Shown one piece after another: positions 55,704-64,000 of a stretch of 64,000 nt of DNA (the stretch's first letter is position 1; the number at the start of each line of letters is the position of its first letter). Under the pieces are notes generated by a model. It worked only from the letters and a program-made list of their open reading frames with translations, did no database searches and was not told where the DNA came from. The translations under genes were made by a program, and so were the position numbers. The stretch covers positions 1-64,000 of IMG/VR virus record IMGVR_UViG_3300035152_000033; one strand, given 5' to 3'. The stretch comes from a virus. Its lineage: Duplodnaviria > Caudoviricetes.

Positions 55704-56578
55704 AATTTAATTCTCCCATCTTCCACAGGTCTATCAATAGGCTTTTCCGCTTCTTTAGCAGCAGGGCAAAAAGCCTTTACGGGGCATTGATAGCAATTAG
55801 TTTTATCATAATTCAAAAGCCATTTACCAGTATGAAGAGAGCTGCCTATTACCCCTATAGCTTTTTTAACTCTTTCATACAACTTTTTAAAATCCTCACT
55901 TTTAAAAGACAAAGTTACTACCTTATCTTTTCTTAAAGGTACTATAAAACCACATTTAGTAACTTGCCATCCTGCCAAAGTTCCCATCATTGTATAATAA
56001 CAAATTTGGTCCTCATCCATAAATCTGGCTGAACTGGTAACTTTAAGATCATATACCACCTTGTCATCTTCATCATACAAATCTAAAACACCAGTTAAGA
56101 AAACATTTTTATAAGCCTTTAATTTTATTCTCCATTTAGTTTCATTTCGCAAGTTCTTTTCAGTAAAACCAAAATCTATGAAAACATCTTCTATAGCCTG
56201 AGCATTAACTACAGACTTCTCTCGCATATTATTAATATCCTGAGCATTTAAAGGGATAACATTATGCTTTTTTAAATACAAATCAAATAGCTTTTTAGCT
56301 ATAGACTGCATATAACCTATAATTAAATTACCATCTTCATCTCTACCATTAGCTAACCATTCCTCAAGACAAGAATGGCCTACACTACCAAGACAAAAAT
56401 TTCTCTCATTAAATTCTTTGGGCTTCCAGTACATTATATTTTGCATAAAATATCTGCCTGGACAATATTCCAAAGACTTAAAAGAACTATAAGACAACTT
56501 TAAAGGTCTATTATTAAAATAATTTATCTTATAATTATAATCTTTAGAATCTAAATTTTTTACCTCTAAATACACCAA
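55700..56578 (-). CDS. PD-(D/E)XK RecB/Cas4-like exonuclease with Fe-S Cys motif
   Basis: LSYSS...CP...G..GH...GVLDL...DLK...Q..YY...CYQCPVKAFCP. Confidence 0.85.
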   Translation of the reverse strand: MVYLEVKNLDSKDYNYKINYFNNRPLKLSYSSFKSLEYCPGRYFMQNIMYWKPKEFNERNFCLGSVGHSCLEEWLANGRDEDGNLIIGYMQSIAKKLFDLYLKKHNVIPLNAQDINNMREKSVVNAQAIEDVFIDFGFTEKNLRNETKWRIKLKAYKNVFLTGVLDLYDEDDKVVYDLKVTSSARFMDEDQICYYTMMGTLAGWQVTKCGFIVPLRKDKVVTLSFKSEDFKKLYERVKKAIGVIGSSLHTGKWLLNYDKTNCYQCPVKAFCPAAKEAEKPIDRPVEDGRIKL

Positions 56579-56579
56579 A

Positions 56580-57644
56580 TCACCTCTTTACCTTTTCTAA
56601 TATCTCTACAGCTTTTTTCTTTACTGCCTGATAAAATTCTAGAGCCTGATCCTCAGACGCAGGATCAATCTCTGGACTATAAGCCTCAAATAATATTTCC
56701 TCTCCTATAGCTTTAATAGCCTCCTCAGTAGAAAAAATGCCAAAAGAGGTCTCATTAACATTATCTAATAAAGTTTTAATAGACTCATCAATTTTATTAT
56801 CAGAGCTTTCCTCTTTAAACACATCCTCTACTATAGGGATTTCCACTATTTTATGACTTAAACTTATCTCCTTATTTTTATTACTCACATCAAATAACAA
56901 AAATTTAGGCTTTCTTCCCTTATCATCTATAGAAGTTCTAGAGACACTTCCTACTTGTACAAAAGTAGTAGTTTTATTATTTAAAGTACTTTCCCAAATA
57001 CCCTTATCATCATGCATATGAGCTATTAATCCTAAATCGAACTCTCCTGCTAAATCATCAGCAGGAATTACATCATAAGGATAAACTTTCCTATCCTTAA
57101 CAATAGGCTGATGTAATAAAGCAATATCATAATACTTGCCTTTAAAAGAGTTGATAGCACTTGATTTTTTATACTCTTTAATTTTATTTAAAACTTCATC
57201 TGTTTTATTATAGGTATCACTTACAGGCAATACCCTAATTAATAACTCTGTATCCTCATCAACTATCTCAAAATCAGGATTTATTATATAAGGTTTTTCT
57301 AAAAATCTAACCATAGGATGTTTCAAAATAGTGCCTATAGGCCTTTTATTTATAGTTTCTAATCTCCCATAACTAATATCATGAGAACCCACTATAAATA
57401 ATATAGGGCATGGAAACTCATCTAAAACCTTTAAAATTTTATTCACTAAACCATGCGATATTTTAGATGCTATTTTAGAATGAAATAAATCCCCACCAAA
57501 AATAGCATACTCAGCATTAACCTTAAGGCAAGTCTGAGCTATAAATAACAATTTTTCTATTACTACATCACTATAAGATTCATCCTTACGAGATGCAGGA
57601 GCGACATCCGCAAGATGGACATCGCTAAACCAACAAAATATCAT
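56580..57644 (-). CDS. sbcD: SbcD/Mre11 metallophosphoesterase nuclease
   Basis: SDVHL, GGDLF, VGSHD, LLHQ, AHMH, GSVSR. Confidence 0.9.
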   Translation of the reverse strand: MIFCWFSDVHLADVAPASRKDESYSDVVIEKLLFIAQTCLKVNAEYAIFGGDLFHSKIASKISHGLVNKILKVLDEFPCPILFIVGSHDISYGRLETINKRPIGTILKHPMVRFLEKPYIINPDFEIVDEDTELLIRVLPVSDTYNKTDEVLNKIKEYKKSSAINSFKGKYYDIALLHQPIVKDRKVYPYDVIPADDLAGEFDLGLIAHMHDDKGIWESTLNNKTTTFVQVGSVSRTSIDDKGRKPKFLLFDVSNKNKEISLSHKIVEIPIVEDVFKEESSDNKIDESIKTLLDNVNETSFGIFSTEEAIKAIGEEILFEAYSPEIDPASEDQALEFYQAVKKKAVEILEKVKR

Positions 57645-57665
57645 TAAGACAACCCCTTTCAAAAT

Positions 57666-57791
57666 TTAACTAAATTCATCCTCTGACTCCCATTTAGTAG
57701 CGTTACATTTAGAGCATTCAAACTCATACTCTACCTTTCCATTTCTAATCCTGGTATTCCCAGTTTCTAACCATAAGTGCGAACATGCCAT
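57666..57791 (-). CDS. CxH-W zinc microprotein (41 aa), tandem paralog
   Basis: MACSHLWLETG...ECSKCNATKW; read manually. Confidence 0.6.
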   Translation of the reverse strand: MACSHLWLETGNTRIRNGKVEYEFECSKCNATKWESEDEFS

Positions 57792-57813
57792 TAATCACAC
57801 CTCCTTATCTATA

Positions 57814-57936
57814 TTAATCTTCTTCTACCCATTTAACTATATGACAATTAGAGCATTCTACCTCAAACTCATTTTTACCAGTAGACTTATTAACTCTAAC
57901 CTCACCAGTCTCTTGCCAATCATGAGAACAACCCAT
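57814..57936 (-). CDS. CxH-W zinc microprotein (40 aa), tandem paralog
   Basis: MGCSHDWQETG...ECSNCHIVKW; read manually. Confidence 0.6.
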   Translation of the reverse strand: MGCSHDWQETGEVRVNKSTGKNEFEVECSNCHIVKWVEED

Positions 57937-57947
57937 AATTAAACCTC

Positions 57948-58079
57948 CTAATATTGCTCTATAACTACTTTCTCTTCGTTGCAATTATCACATTTATAAG
58001 TCAAAACATGAGTTTTACCTTTATCCTCAATATCAATTAAAATCATATCCTTACCACAACATACAGGAGTATCCGCCAT
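57948..58079 (-). CDS. Zinc-ribbon microprotein (43 aa)
   Basis: PVCCGKDM...YKCDNC; read manually. Confidence 0.6.
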   Translation of the reverse strand: MADTPVCCGKDMILIDIEDKGKTHVLTYKCDNCNEEKVVIEQY

Positions 58080-58082
58080 TAA

Positions 58083-60290
58083 TTACACCTCCTCATTATC
58101 CAATGGTTTATTACATACAGGACACAAAGGATTTTCTTTTATAAAATCCTTTAAGGCTATTTTTCTTTTGTCTAACTCCACCATAACAACATCTTTCTTA
58201 TCTCTGGACTTACTTAAAAGATTCTCAGCTCTATCTATTTGAGCAATAGCCCTTTTACTATCAAGATAAGAAGAAATATCAGGCAACTTAATAAAATTAA
58301 TAATCTTTAACCTGGCTAAACTATCCTCAGAAACTTTTACTTTTTGATCAGTTACCACTAAATTTTTAATTATATCAATTAGTTTATTATACCGATCAAC
58401 CATATTAAAAAGCCTGTTAATTTTAATATTTTCTGTATTTCTCCAATGAGCAACTTCATCATAAGTCTTATCCATAAATACTTTTAATTGCTCTAATTTT
58501 AAGGCTATATCACTAAAAACATTTACAGCTAATAATTTATCATTAAGTAATTTTAAATTAGTTTCTAACCCCTTTAAAGTTGTTTTAAGGTTATTTACAA
58601 TCACTATACTATTTTTCATTGACTGAGAATACATGAGTAAATTTTTCTCTATCTCAGCCAAAGCCTCTAAAGCCTTAATTTTATTTTGTACTTTTTCTCT
58701 AGCGGCTTTTAAAACCTCTAAAAACTTCCTTTTACTTGCTAACTGGGAATATTTCTCTTTGTCTCCCCTTAAGGCAATTAAATCTTTTTCTCTAATAAGT
58801 TTCAATTTATTTTTATTTATTTTTTTCTTATTAGCCTCTTTATTAGCAGCTATTAGAAGATTTACATTAGTAATCTCTCCTAATATTTTTGCTACCATAG
58901 AGCCAGACGCATCACAGAGAAAAGGTAAATCAAACTGTCTATCAAAATTAACCAAAAACTTACTTCCATCAATAGAAATTTCACTCATTCGCAAAAAGCA
59001 AGTTACTTCCTCAGGACAACCCCTGCCAACATTTTTCAATAGTTCACCATCAACAGCATAATTATTTATATTTTTACCTTTGACCCATTCCACTACATGA
59101 CCATCTAAAGTCATAGAAATATGAGTCTTATTAGACCCAACAGGTATATGAGACCAATCTGAGCCACATACAGCACTATTAACAACCATAGCCTCCAAAG
59201 CACGAATTAAAGCACTTTTCCCACTATTACCAGTAATAAATATTTTATTATTTCTACGTAAGATCAATTTTTCAGATGGTACCGTAAAACAATACTTATA
59301 ACCATCCTTAGTTTTATATTTATTTATAGGCGTTTTTTCACAACCAATACTTTTCCTTTCTTGAGTGAACCCAACTAAAGTCCTTTTTGTGAAAATTACA
59401 GTATAATCTATTGATTTTCTTGTATATTCTTTACCCCCAATTATCCTTTTTTCACCTCTTCTATCAGCTGTTGAAATATAACTTCTATAACCACAAACAG
59501 AACCTACAAATTGAATAAAATCCGCATCTTTTTTTATAGTAGTATGCCAGGCCTTTCTAGTTTTAAGATATCCATCCCAATGAAACATCTCATCATATAT
59601 AAGCTCAAACTGTTTTTTTGTACAATTATACCAATGACTACCAAATGATTTTGTTGTCTCGTATTTAAAATAAAATACAATATAACCACCTTTTTTTGTA
59701 CGTTCTAGAAATCTAATATTATTCAACTTTAAAAGTTCTCTAAATCTGTCTATTTTTCTTTGTTTCTTTAAACTCACTCTCCAATAAGATGTATTCACAT
59801 TCATAAGATTTCCATCAGCTTTAATCGCAACTCTTAATCTTATTGAAGCATCACTATATTTTAAACCTTCACCAGTATAATTAAAAGTTGTTATAAATCT
59901 ACCTCTGAAAAAAGTGGCTCTCTCATTATTTTCTCTGACTTCTTTAAATGTTTTATGATACAAATTATTTTTTGAAGTTATATAATAAACATTATGCTCA
60001 TCACTTAAACATTGATCGATACCATAACCAGTCTTAAAATGCCATAAATAATCCGCTTTATATTTATGATACTCTAAAGGATAAACCAAAGCAGACAAAC
60101 CAAGATGATTATATTCTAAAACCTTATCCCCTTTTTCATAATCACTAATCTTCTTCCATTCATAACCATTAAAGAACTCAGTGTCACAATCTACACAGCC
60201 ACTCTCTCCAATAATAGCAGTAAATTTACCAGGCTCTATAACAACATCAGATAAAGACTGGTAATTTTTTATATCTATTCTTTCCAGCAT
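58083..60290 (-). CDS. sbcC: SbcC/Rad50 N-terminal half with intein; ends at zinc hook
   Basis: IDIKNYQS...GESG[intein]SGKSALIRAL; Q-loop (DRQFD); coiled coil; CPVC at C-terminus. Confidence 0.9.
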   Translation of the reverse strand: MLERIDIKNYQSLSDVVIEPGKFTAIIGESGCVDCDTEFFNGYEWKKISDYEKGDKVLEYNHLGLSALVYPLEYHKYKADYLWHFKTGYGIDQCLSDEHNVYYITSKNNLYHKTFKEVRENNERATFFRGRFITTFNYTGEGLKYSDASIRLRVAIKADGNLMNVNTSYWRVSLKKQRKIDRFRELLKLNNIRFLERTKKGGYIVFYFKYETTKSFGSHWYNCTKKQFELIYDEMFHWDGYLKTRKAWHTTIKKDADFIQFVGSVCGYRSYISTADRRGEKRIIGGKEYTRKSIDYTVIFTKRTLVGFTQERKSIGCEKTPINKYKTKDGYKYCFTVPSEKLILRRNNKIFITGNSGKSALIRALEAMVVNSAVCGSDWSHIPVGSNKTHISMTLDGHVVEWVKGKNINNYAVDGELLKNVGRGCPEEVTCFLRMSEISIDGSKFLVNFDRQFDLPFLCDASGSMVAKILGEITNVNLLIAANKEANKKKINKNKLKLIREKDLIALRGDKEKYSQLASKRKFLEVLKAAREKVQNKIKALEALAEIEKNLLMYSQSMKNSIVIVNNLKTTLKGLETNLKLLNDKLLAVNVFSDIALKLEQLKVFMDKTYDEVAHWRNTENIKINRLFNMVDRYNKLIDIIKNLVVTDQKVKVSEDSLARLKIINFIKLPDISSYLDSKRAIAQIDRAENLLSKSRDKKDVVMVELDKRKIALKDFIKENPLCPVCNKPLDNEEV
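59226..60197 (-). mobile_element. Intein (324 aa) with LAGLIDADG-type homing endonuclease region
   Basis: Begins CVDCDTEF; block B-like SDEH; AIKADG and FHWDG motifs; ends YCFTVPS...ITGN followed by Ser. Confidence 0.9.
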
Positions 60291-60300
60291 AAGACTCCTC

Positions 60301-60588
60301 CTAATCTTTTTTTATACCATTAAAACTTATAATCATATCCTTAGCCTTTTTATTAATCATAACTCTCACATTATTTTTATTAATCTCTTCTAACTCCTCT
60401 AATCCCTCTAATAGAATCCTTTTATAACTTTTAACGACCTGACATCTGATCAGGTCATTAAAAGCACTATTTTTCACTATACTTACTTTATTATATAAAG
60501 ACTTACTACAGACTTTTAAAAGTATTATCTGGATAAGCATCCATAATAAAGTCACTCCTATTACCACACATAAAATATAGAATTGCAT
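60301..60588 (-). CDS. Membrane-anchored hypothetical protein
   Basis: N-terminal TM segment. Confidence 0.5.
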   Translation of the reverse strand: MQFYILCVVIGVTLLWMLIQIILLKVCSKSLYNKVSIVKNSAFNDLIRCQVVKSYKRILLEGLEELEEINKNNVRVMINKKAKDMIISFNGIKKD

Positions 60589-61613
60589 TAATCTACATCC
60601 AATAAACTATGGCAAGTAGGGCAAAAACTGGAATGCTCAGCTACGCCACTAGCTAACATTTGTAGGGATTGTATCATGTTAGGATTCTCTAAAAACTCAC
60701 TAGAATTAGCTGCAGAAGTTATAGCGTTAAAAACATCATACATATTTTTAATTTCTCCTGCATTTATGATTTCATCAGTTATAGCCTCTCTTAATTTAGA
60801 AGTCACATTAAACTCACTAAAAATATTTTTTAATAATTCGGACCCATGATCATTAATAGGAATCTCTTGTAAATGCTTAATTCTTTCAAACTCAGAAGTA
60901 ATCTCCGTCTGAGCTTGCGTAACACTATTTTTTACCCATTCTTCCAAATGTTCGCTATTAGAACGCCTTGACCATTTGGATAGAATATTTTGCGATATCA
61001 TACCATTAGAACAAACTAAACGATATACATAGCCTGAAATAGTAAAAACCTTTTCTCCAAGAATATGATCTTGAACAGAAATGCCGCCTCTGACCACATC
61101 ACCTACATTCATAGCCTCTTCTTGGTTTGAGACTACAGAGTAATACAACCCTCTATCAAAGCTATGATGCACCTTATCATAGATAAGGTTGTCTTTTTCT
61201 AAACTAGTAGGAGCCAAAGTATCCTCAATAATTTCAAGGACCTTAACTCTACTATAATAATCAGTTGAACCTTTAATAAAAGAAACCACATTATCCCCAG
61301 CAATTAATAATTTTCCATCATCTGACTTAGTATTAAACCAATGATTAAAATGAGGATTCATTAAATGCAAAGATTCATCATTGAATTTTTTTACATAAGT
61401 AGCGGGTACACCGCAAATCCTAGAAGCTTTAATAAAAGCCTCCTTAGACAATTTAAACTCCTCATTATCCAAACGGAATAACATATTACACTCATTATCT
61501 TTAGTAAACTCTATCCTATTACTACCCATTCTAAAGGGTATTTCTTTAAAGCCATCAGTAGGCTTTAATAACTTAATTACTTCATCTCTAGAAAAACTTT
61601 TATCATTTCTCAT
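60588..61613 (-). CDS. DUF932-like protein
   Basis: VGDVVRGGISV...YRLVCSNGM...MYDVFNAIT. Confidence 0.7.
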   Translation of the reverse strand: MRNDKSFSRDEVIKLLKPTDGFKEIPFRMGSNRIEFTKDNECNMLFRLDNEEFKLSKEAFIKASRICGVPATYVKKFNDESLHLMNPHFNHWFNTKSDDGKLLIAGDNVVSFIKGSTDYYSRVKVLEIIEDTLAPTSLEKDNLIYDKVHHSFDRGLYYSVVSNQEEAMNVGDVVRGGISVQDHILGEKVFTISGYVYRLVCSNGMISQNILSKWSRRSNSEHLEEWVKNSVTQAQTEITSEFERIKHLQEIPINDHGSELLKNIFSEFNVTSKLREAITDEIINAGEIKNMYDVFNAITSAANSSEFLENPNMIQSLQMLASGVAEHSSFCPTCHSLLDVD

Positions 61614-61640
61614 ATAACAACCTCCATTTTTTTATTAAAT

Positions 61641-61672
61641 ATTATACCTATAAAATCTATAAAGAGACTGTT
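61641..61672 (-). promoter_or_regulatory. Class II promoter
   Basis: AACA gtctctttatagattttatagg TATAAT. Confidence 0.5.
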
Positions 61673-62859
61673 TTATTTTTATTATTTGTCTCTTCTAATA
61701 ATTCCTCAGGCAACTCTTGAGTTGGTCCATCTTCGACTAAAGCGTAACTATCTTCTATTTCCGTTCTAGTCTCCACATATTTCATATCTTTATCAATAGC
61801 ATCTTTTAAATCTTTTGATAAAACTTTAAAACCTTTAACCCCAGCCTCTCTAAAGTATGTACATACTTTTTCCAAGCCTTGAATATTTTTTTCCTCTTTA
61901 TCATGCCTATATTTAGCAGGCACTTTTAAAAAGGCTCCATTCTTTTTAATCATTTTTCTATCAATAGCCACAAGTATAATAGACATTACATCATCTACTC
62001 CTATACCATATCTAATGATAAACTCACAAGACCTAAAAGGCGGGGCAACTTTATTTTTAATAAGTTCACATTTAATTTTAGTGGCCACTAATCCATCTTC
62101 CCACTCACCTTTAATAGCATTAAATAACTTACCTTTTACTCCACCTATCTTAGTAAATTTTAACCTCATAGTAGAATAAAATTTTAAAGCTGACCCACCA
62201 GGAGTCGTCTCTTTTTTAATTCCCTTTGCCTTTTCAAAAGGAGTCATGGGTAACCCTAATCTCAATTGATTTATAAAAGCAAAAGCCACATTAGTATTTG
62301 AACAAATGCCTGCCAGTTTTTTTAAAGTCTGAGCCATAATCCTAGCACCATGAGCGACACCACCTGCAGTAGGATCACCTATATCCCCTTCCATTTCAGC
62401 CTGAGTCTTCATAGCTGCCACAGAATCCGCTATAACCAACCCTATAAAACCAGTTTTCATATAAAACTCAGCTATACGAAAACCTTGCTCCATATATGTT
62501 GGTTGTACATAAATAAACTTATCATCCGATAAATCTACTCCTTGAGCGAGCATATATTTTTTATCAAGAGCATGCTCATAATCTAAATACAACACAGCTT
62601 TTTTTAAAACTCTTTGACATTGAACAGCACAACTGGTCATTACAGTTGTCTTACCTGAACTCTCTAGCCCATAACATTCTATAATACGACCTAAAGGTAT
62701 GCCTCCAATACCAGTTATATAATCTATTAAAAAGCTACCTGTAGAAATATGAGGCATAGGTTTAACTTTTCCCTCCAAGGATATTATGGTATCATCACCC
62801 TCAATATCTAAAATATGTTTTTTAGCATCATTCAAAGTTTTTATAACAGTTTTAGCCAT
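61657..62859 (-). CDS. recA: RecA recombinase
   Basis: ISTGS...GGIPLGRIIECYGLESSGKTT...EHALD...DSVAA...FINQLR...PGGSALKFY...KNKVAPPF. Confidence 0.97.
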   Translation of the reverse strand: MAKTVIKTLNDAKKHILDIEGDDTIISLEGKVKPMPHISTGSFLIDYITGIGGIPLGRIIECYGLESSGKTTVMTSCAVQCQRVLKKAVLYLDYEHALDKKYMLAQGVDLSDDKFIYVQPTYMEQGFRIAEFYMKTGFIGLVIADSVAAMKTQAEMEGDIGDPTAGGVAHGARIMAQTLKKLAGICSNTNVAFAFINQLRLGLPMTPFEKAKGIKKETTPGGSALKFYSTMRLKFTKIGGVKGKLFNAIKGEWEDGLVATKIKCELIKNKVAPPFRSCEFIIRYGIGVDDVMSIILVAIDRKMIKKNGAFLKVPAKYRHDKEEKNIQGLEKVCTYFREAGVKGFKVLSKDLKDAIDKDMKYVETRTEIEDSYALVEDGPTQELPEELLEETNNKNKTVSL

Positions 62860-63013
62860 TACTATCCTCCTCTTTAACACAATCCTTAATTCCTTGATAA
62901 TTACATGTACCTACTTGAGTCAAATCACACTTGCTTTTAGGTCCATATCTAAAATAAACACATCCCGAACATTTATCCCAGCACTCTTGTATTTCTCCTA
63001 AATCTCTACCCAA
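62852..63013 (-). CDS. Cys-rich microprotein (53 aa)
   Basis: TTG start after AAGGAG; CWDKCSGC...C...C...C; read manually. Confidence 0.45.
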   Translation of the reverse strand: MGRDLGEIQECWDKCSGCVYFRYGPKSKCDLTQVGTCNYQGIKDCVKEEDSNG

Positions 63014-63027
63014 CAATAACAACTCCT

Positions 63028-63378
63028 TTAAATAAATTTTTTTGGAGGTATCGGAAAATCACCTTTTTGATTCCTCCATATATGTAAACAATAAGGATGC
63101 TTACTAACATTATCGGCCTCAGCAGGATGAAACTGAAAAGCAAACTCATCCTTTTTAAAAAACATTTCTTTTATTACTTTCATTTCTTTCCACTTAGGAC
63201 ATCTTTCTATTATTTGACCTGATTTATTTTTAACACTTACAGAAATATGATCAAAACCGCCATTAGTAGACACCCTAACCATTAAATTTATAATATTACT
63301 AATAGGTATGATATAGGTTTTAACTACCCCAGTATCATGAATTAACATATTATTTAATCTATCTAAATCATTTCTCAT
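63028..63378 (-). CDS. Conserved phage protein (HxSVS...PxWxEM...HPYCLHIW family)
   Basis: GGFDHISVS...RCPKWKEM..IKEMFF...QFHP...HPYCLHIWR. Confidence 0.7.
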   Translation of the reverse strand: MRNDLDRLNNMLIHDTGVVKTYIIPISNIINLMVRVSTNGGFDHISVSVKNKSGQIIERCPKWKEMKVIKEMFFKKDEFAFQFHPAEADNVSKHPYCLHIWRNQKGDFPIPPKKFI

Positions 63379-63562
63379 TATTAAACTCCTTCTTACAATC
63401 AGGACAATATTCTGCCCAATCATCAGCATTAATCCCTACTTTTATACTTTTCCACCTATTATCTTTCTTATAATCAACAGCTTCCCCAAAAGAATCTACA
63501 TTCACTCTCAGGCCACAGCCATCACACTCTAAAAAATACTGTCCTCTAATATTATCAATCAT
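63368..63562 (-). CDS. Zinc-finger protein
   Basis: CDGC...YCPDC. Confidence 0.6.
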   Translation of the reverse strand: MIDNIRGQYFLECDGCGLRVNVDSFGEAVDYKKDNRWKSIKVGINADDWAEYCPDCKKEFNNEK

Positions 63563-64000
63563 TATTTTTTCACCTCCAAAAGACTATATAAAACATCATC
63601 ATTTAATAATAAATCCTTATTATCCATTAAGCCATTTTTAGTTTTAGAGTTAATAAATATCTTTTTCCTAATTGGTGATAAGATATCACTAGAGACACCC
63701 ATTAAGAAAAAACAATAATAAACTCCTATTACACCATGTACAAAAGCATCAGTACAATCAGACCTCTCCTTAGCATAATGTCTGGTTGACTCATACTTAA
63801 ACTCTTTTTTAACCCAATCAACAATAACTCTTTTAGCAGCTCCACCTTTAGGAGCTTTCCTACCATTAGCAATAAAACTTCTAAACTTAGCAGGATGATT
63901 TAAAAGCATACTAAATTTACGCTCATAATGAAAAGCCCTGATAATGCCATTAAACTCCCCTAAAGAAAATGCTACATGACTCATACCATTAATGTAATCC
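63562..64000 (-). CDS. RuvC-like Holliday junction resolvase (5' truncated by window)
   Basis: Frame open to the edge (DYING-MSHVAFSLGEFNG); G.A.K and D.TDA motifs; near recA. Confidence 0.65.
   Translation of the reverse strand, partial: DYINGMSHVAFSLGEFNGIIRAFHYERKFSMLLNHPAKFRSFIANGRKAPKGGAAKRVIVDWVKKEFKYESTRHYAKERSDCTDAFVHGVIGVYYCFFLMGVSSDILSPIRKKIFINSKTKNGLMDNKDLLLNDDVLYSLLEVKK

Noticed and set aside
55700-56578. Cas4 as evidence of a CRISPR system
   Set aside because: No cas1/cas2 or array; its context is a phage recombination operon
3767-63001. All plus-strand ORFs in the track (e.g. 7018..7482, 12961..13314, 58633..59061)
   Set aside because: They are antisense shadows of well-supported minus-strand genes, with no recognisable motifs
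62852-63013. CX3CX2C in a 53-aa ORF as a radical SAM
   Set aside because: Far too short for the barrel; one of many Cys-rich microproteins
1-64000. tRNA genes, integrase/att sites, archaeal host
   Set aside because: No cloverleaf or integrase was recognised by eye (a tRNAscan-SE run would be decisive); sigma-A promoters, DnaN/DnaX and RecA indicate a bacterial host

Overview
The whole 64 kb is a contiguous piece of a large, AT-rich tailed dsDNA phage genome (siphovirus type), with every credible gene on the minus strand. Sigma-A promoters (TTGACA-17-TATAAT), GGAGG Shine-Dalgarno sites and a cobalamin-type radical SAM point to an anaerobic Bacillota/Clostridia-like host (inference). Reading along the minus strand, the window has three parts. 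(1) About 64-53 kb: recombination and replication genes (RuvC-like, RecA, DUF932-like, an SbcC/Rad50 split into two genes with an intein in Walker A, SbcD, RecB/Cas4-like nuclease, beta clamp). (2) About 53-20 kb: an accessory region of small genes, including many tiny zinc-finger ORFs missed by the ORF track, KilA-N, RyR-domain, HAD, secreted papain-like protease, amidoligase, DNA methyltransferase, a TIGR03960/DUF2344-type radical SAM, DnaX and surface proteins. (3) About 18.7-0 kb: a packaging, head and tail module running off the window in the Tal gene. The main unannotated signals are regulatory. Five leaders contain a short upstream element complementary to the loop region of a downstream, mostly terminator-like hairpin. 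Several promoter-to-terminator units have no ORF and are candidate sRNAs, densest at 49.2-50.2 kb. A 46-bp palindromic-promoter repeat occurs 7 times plus 2 partial copies. A second promoter class (AC[A/T]-N22-TATAAT) occurs 9 times with exact spacing. Also notable are two PHD-finger-like microproteins and a likely +1 tail-chaperone frameshift. I saw no integrase, tRNA, CRISPR array or reverse transcriptase. All family calls are from motif recognition by eye, not database searches, and novelty is unverified.
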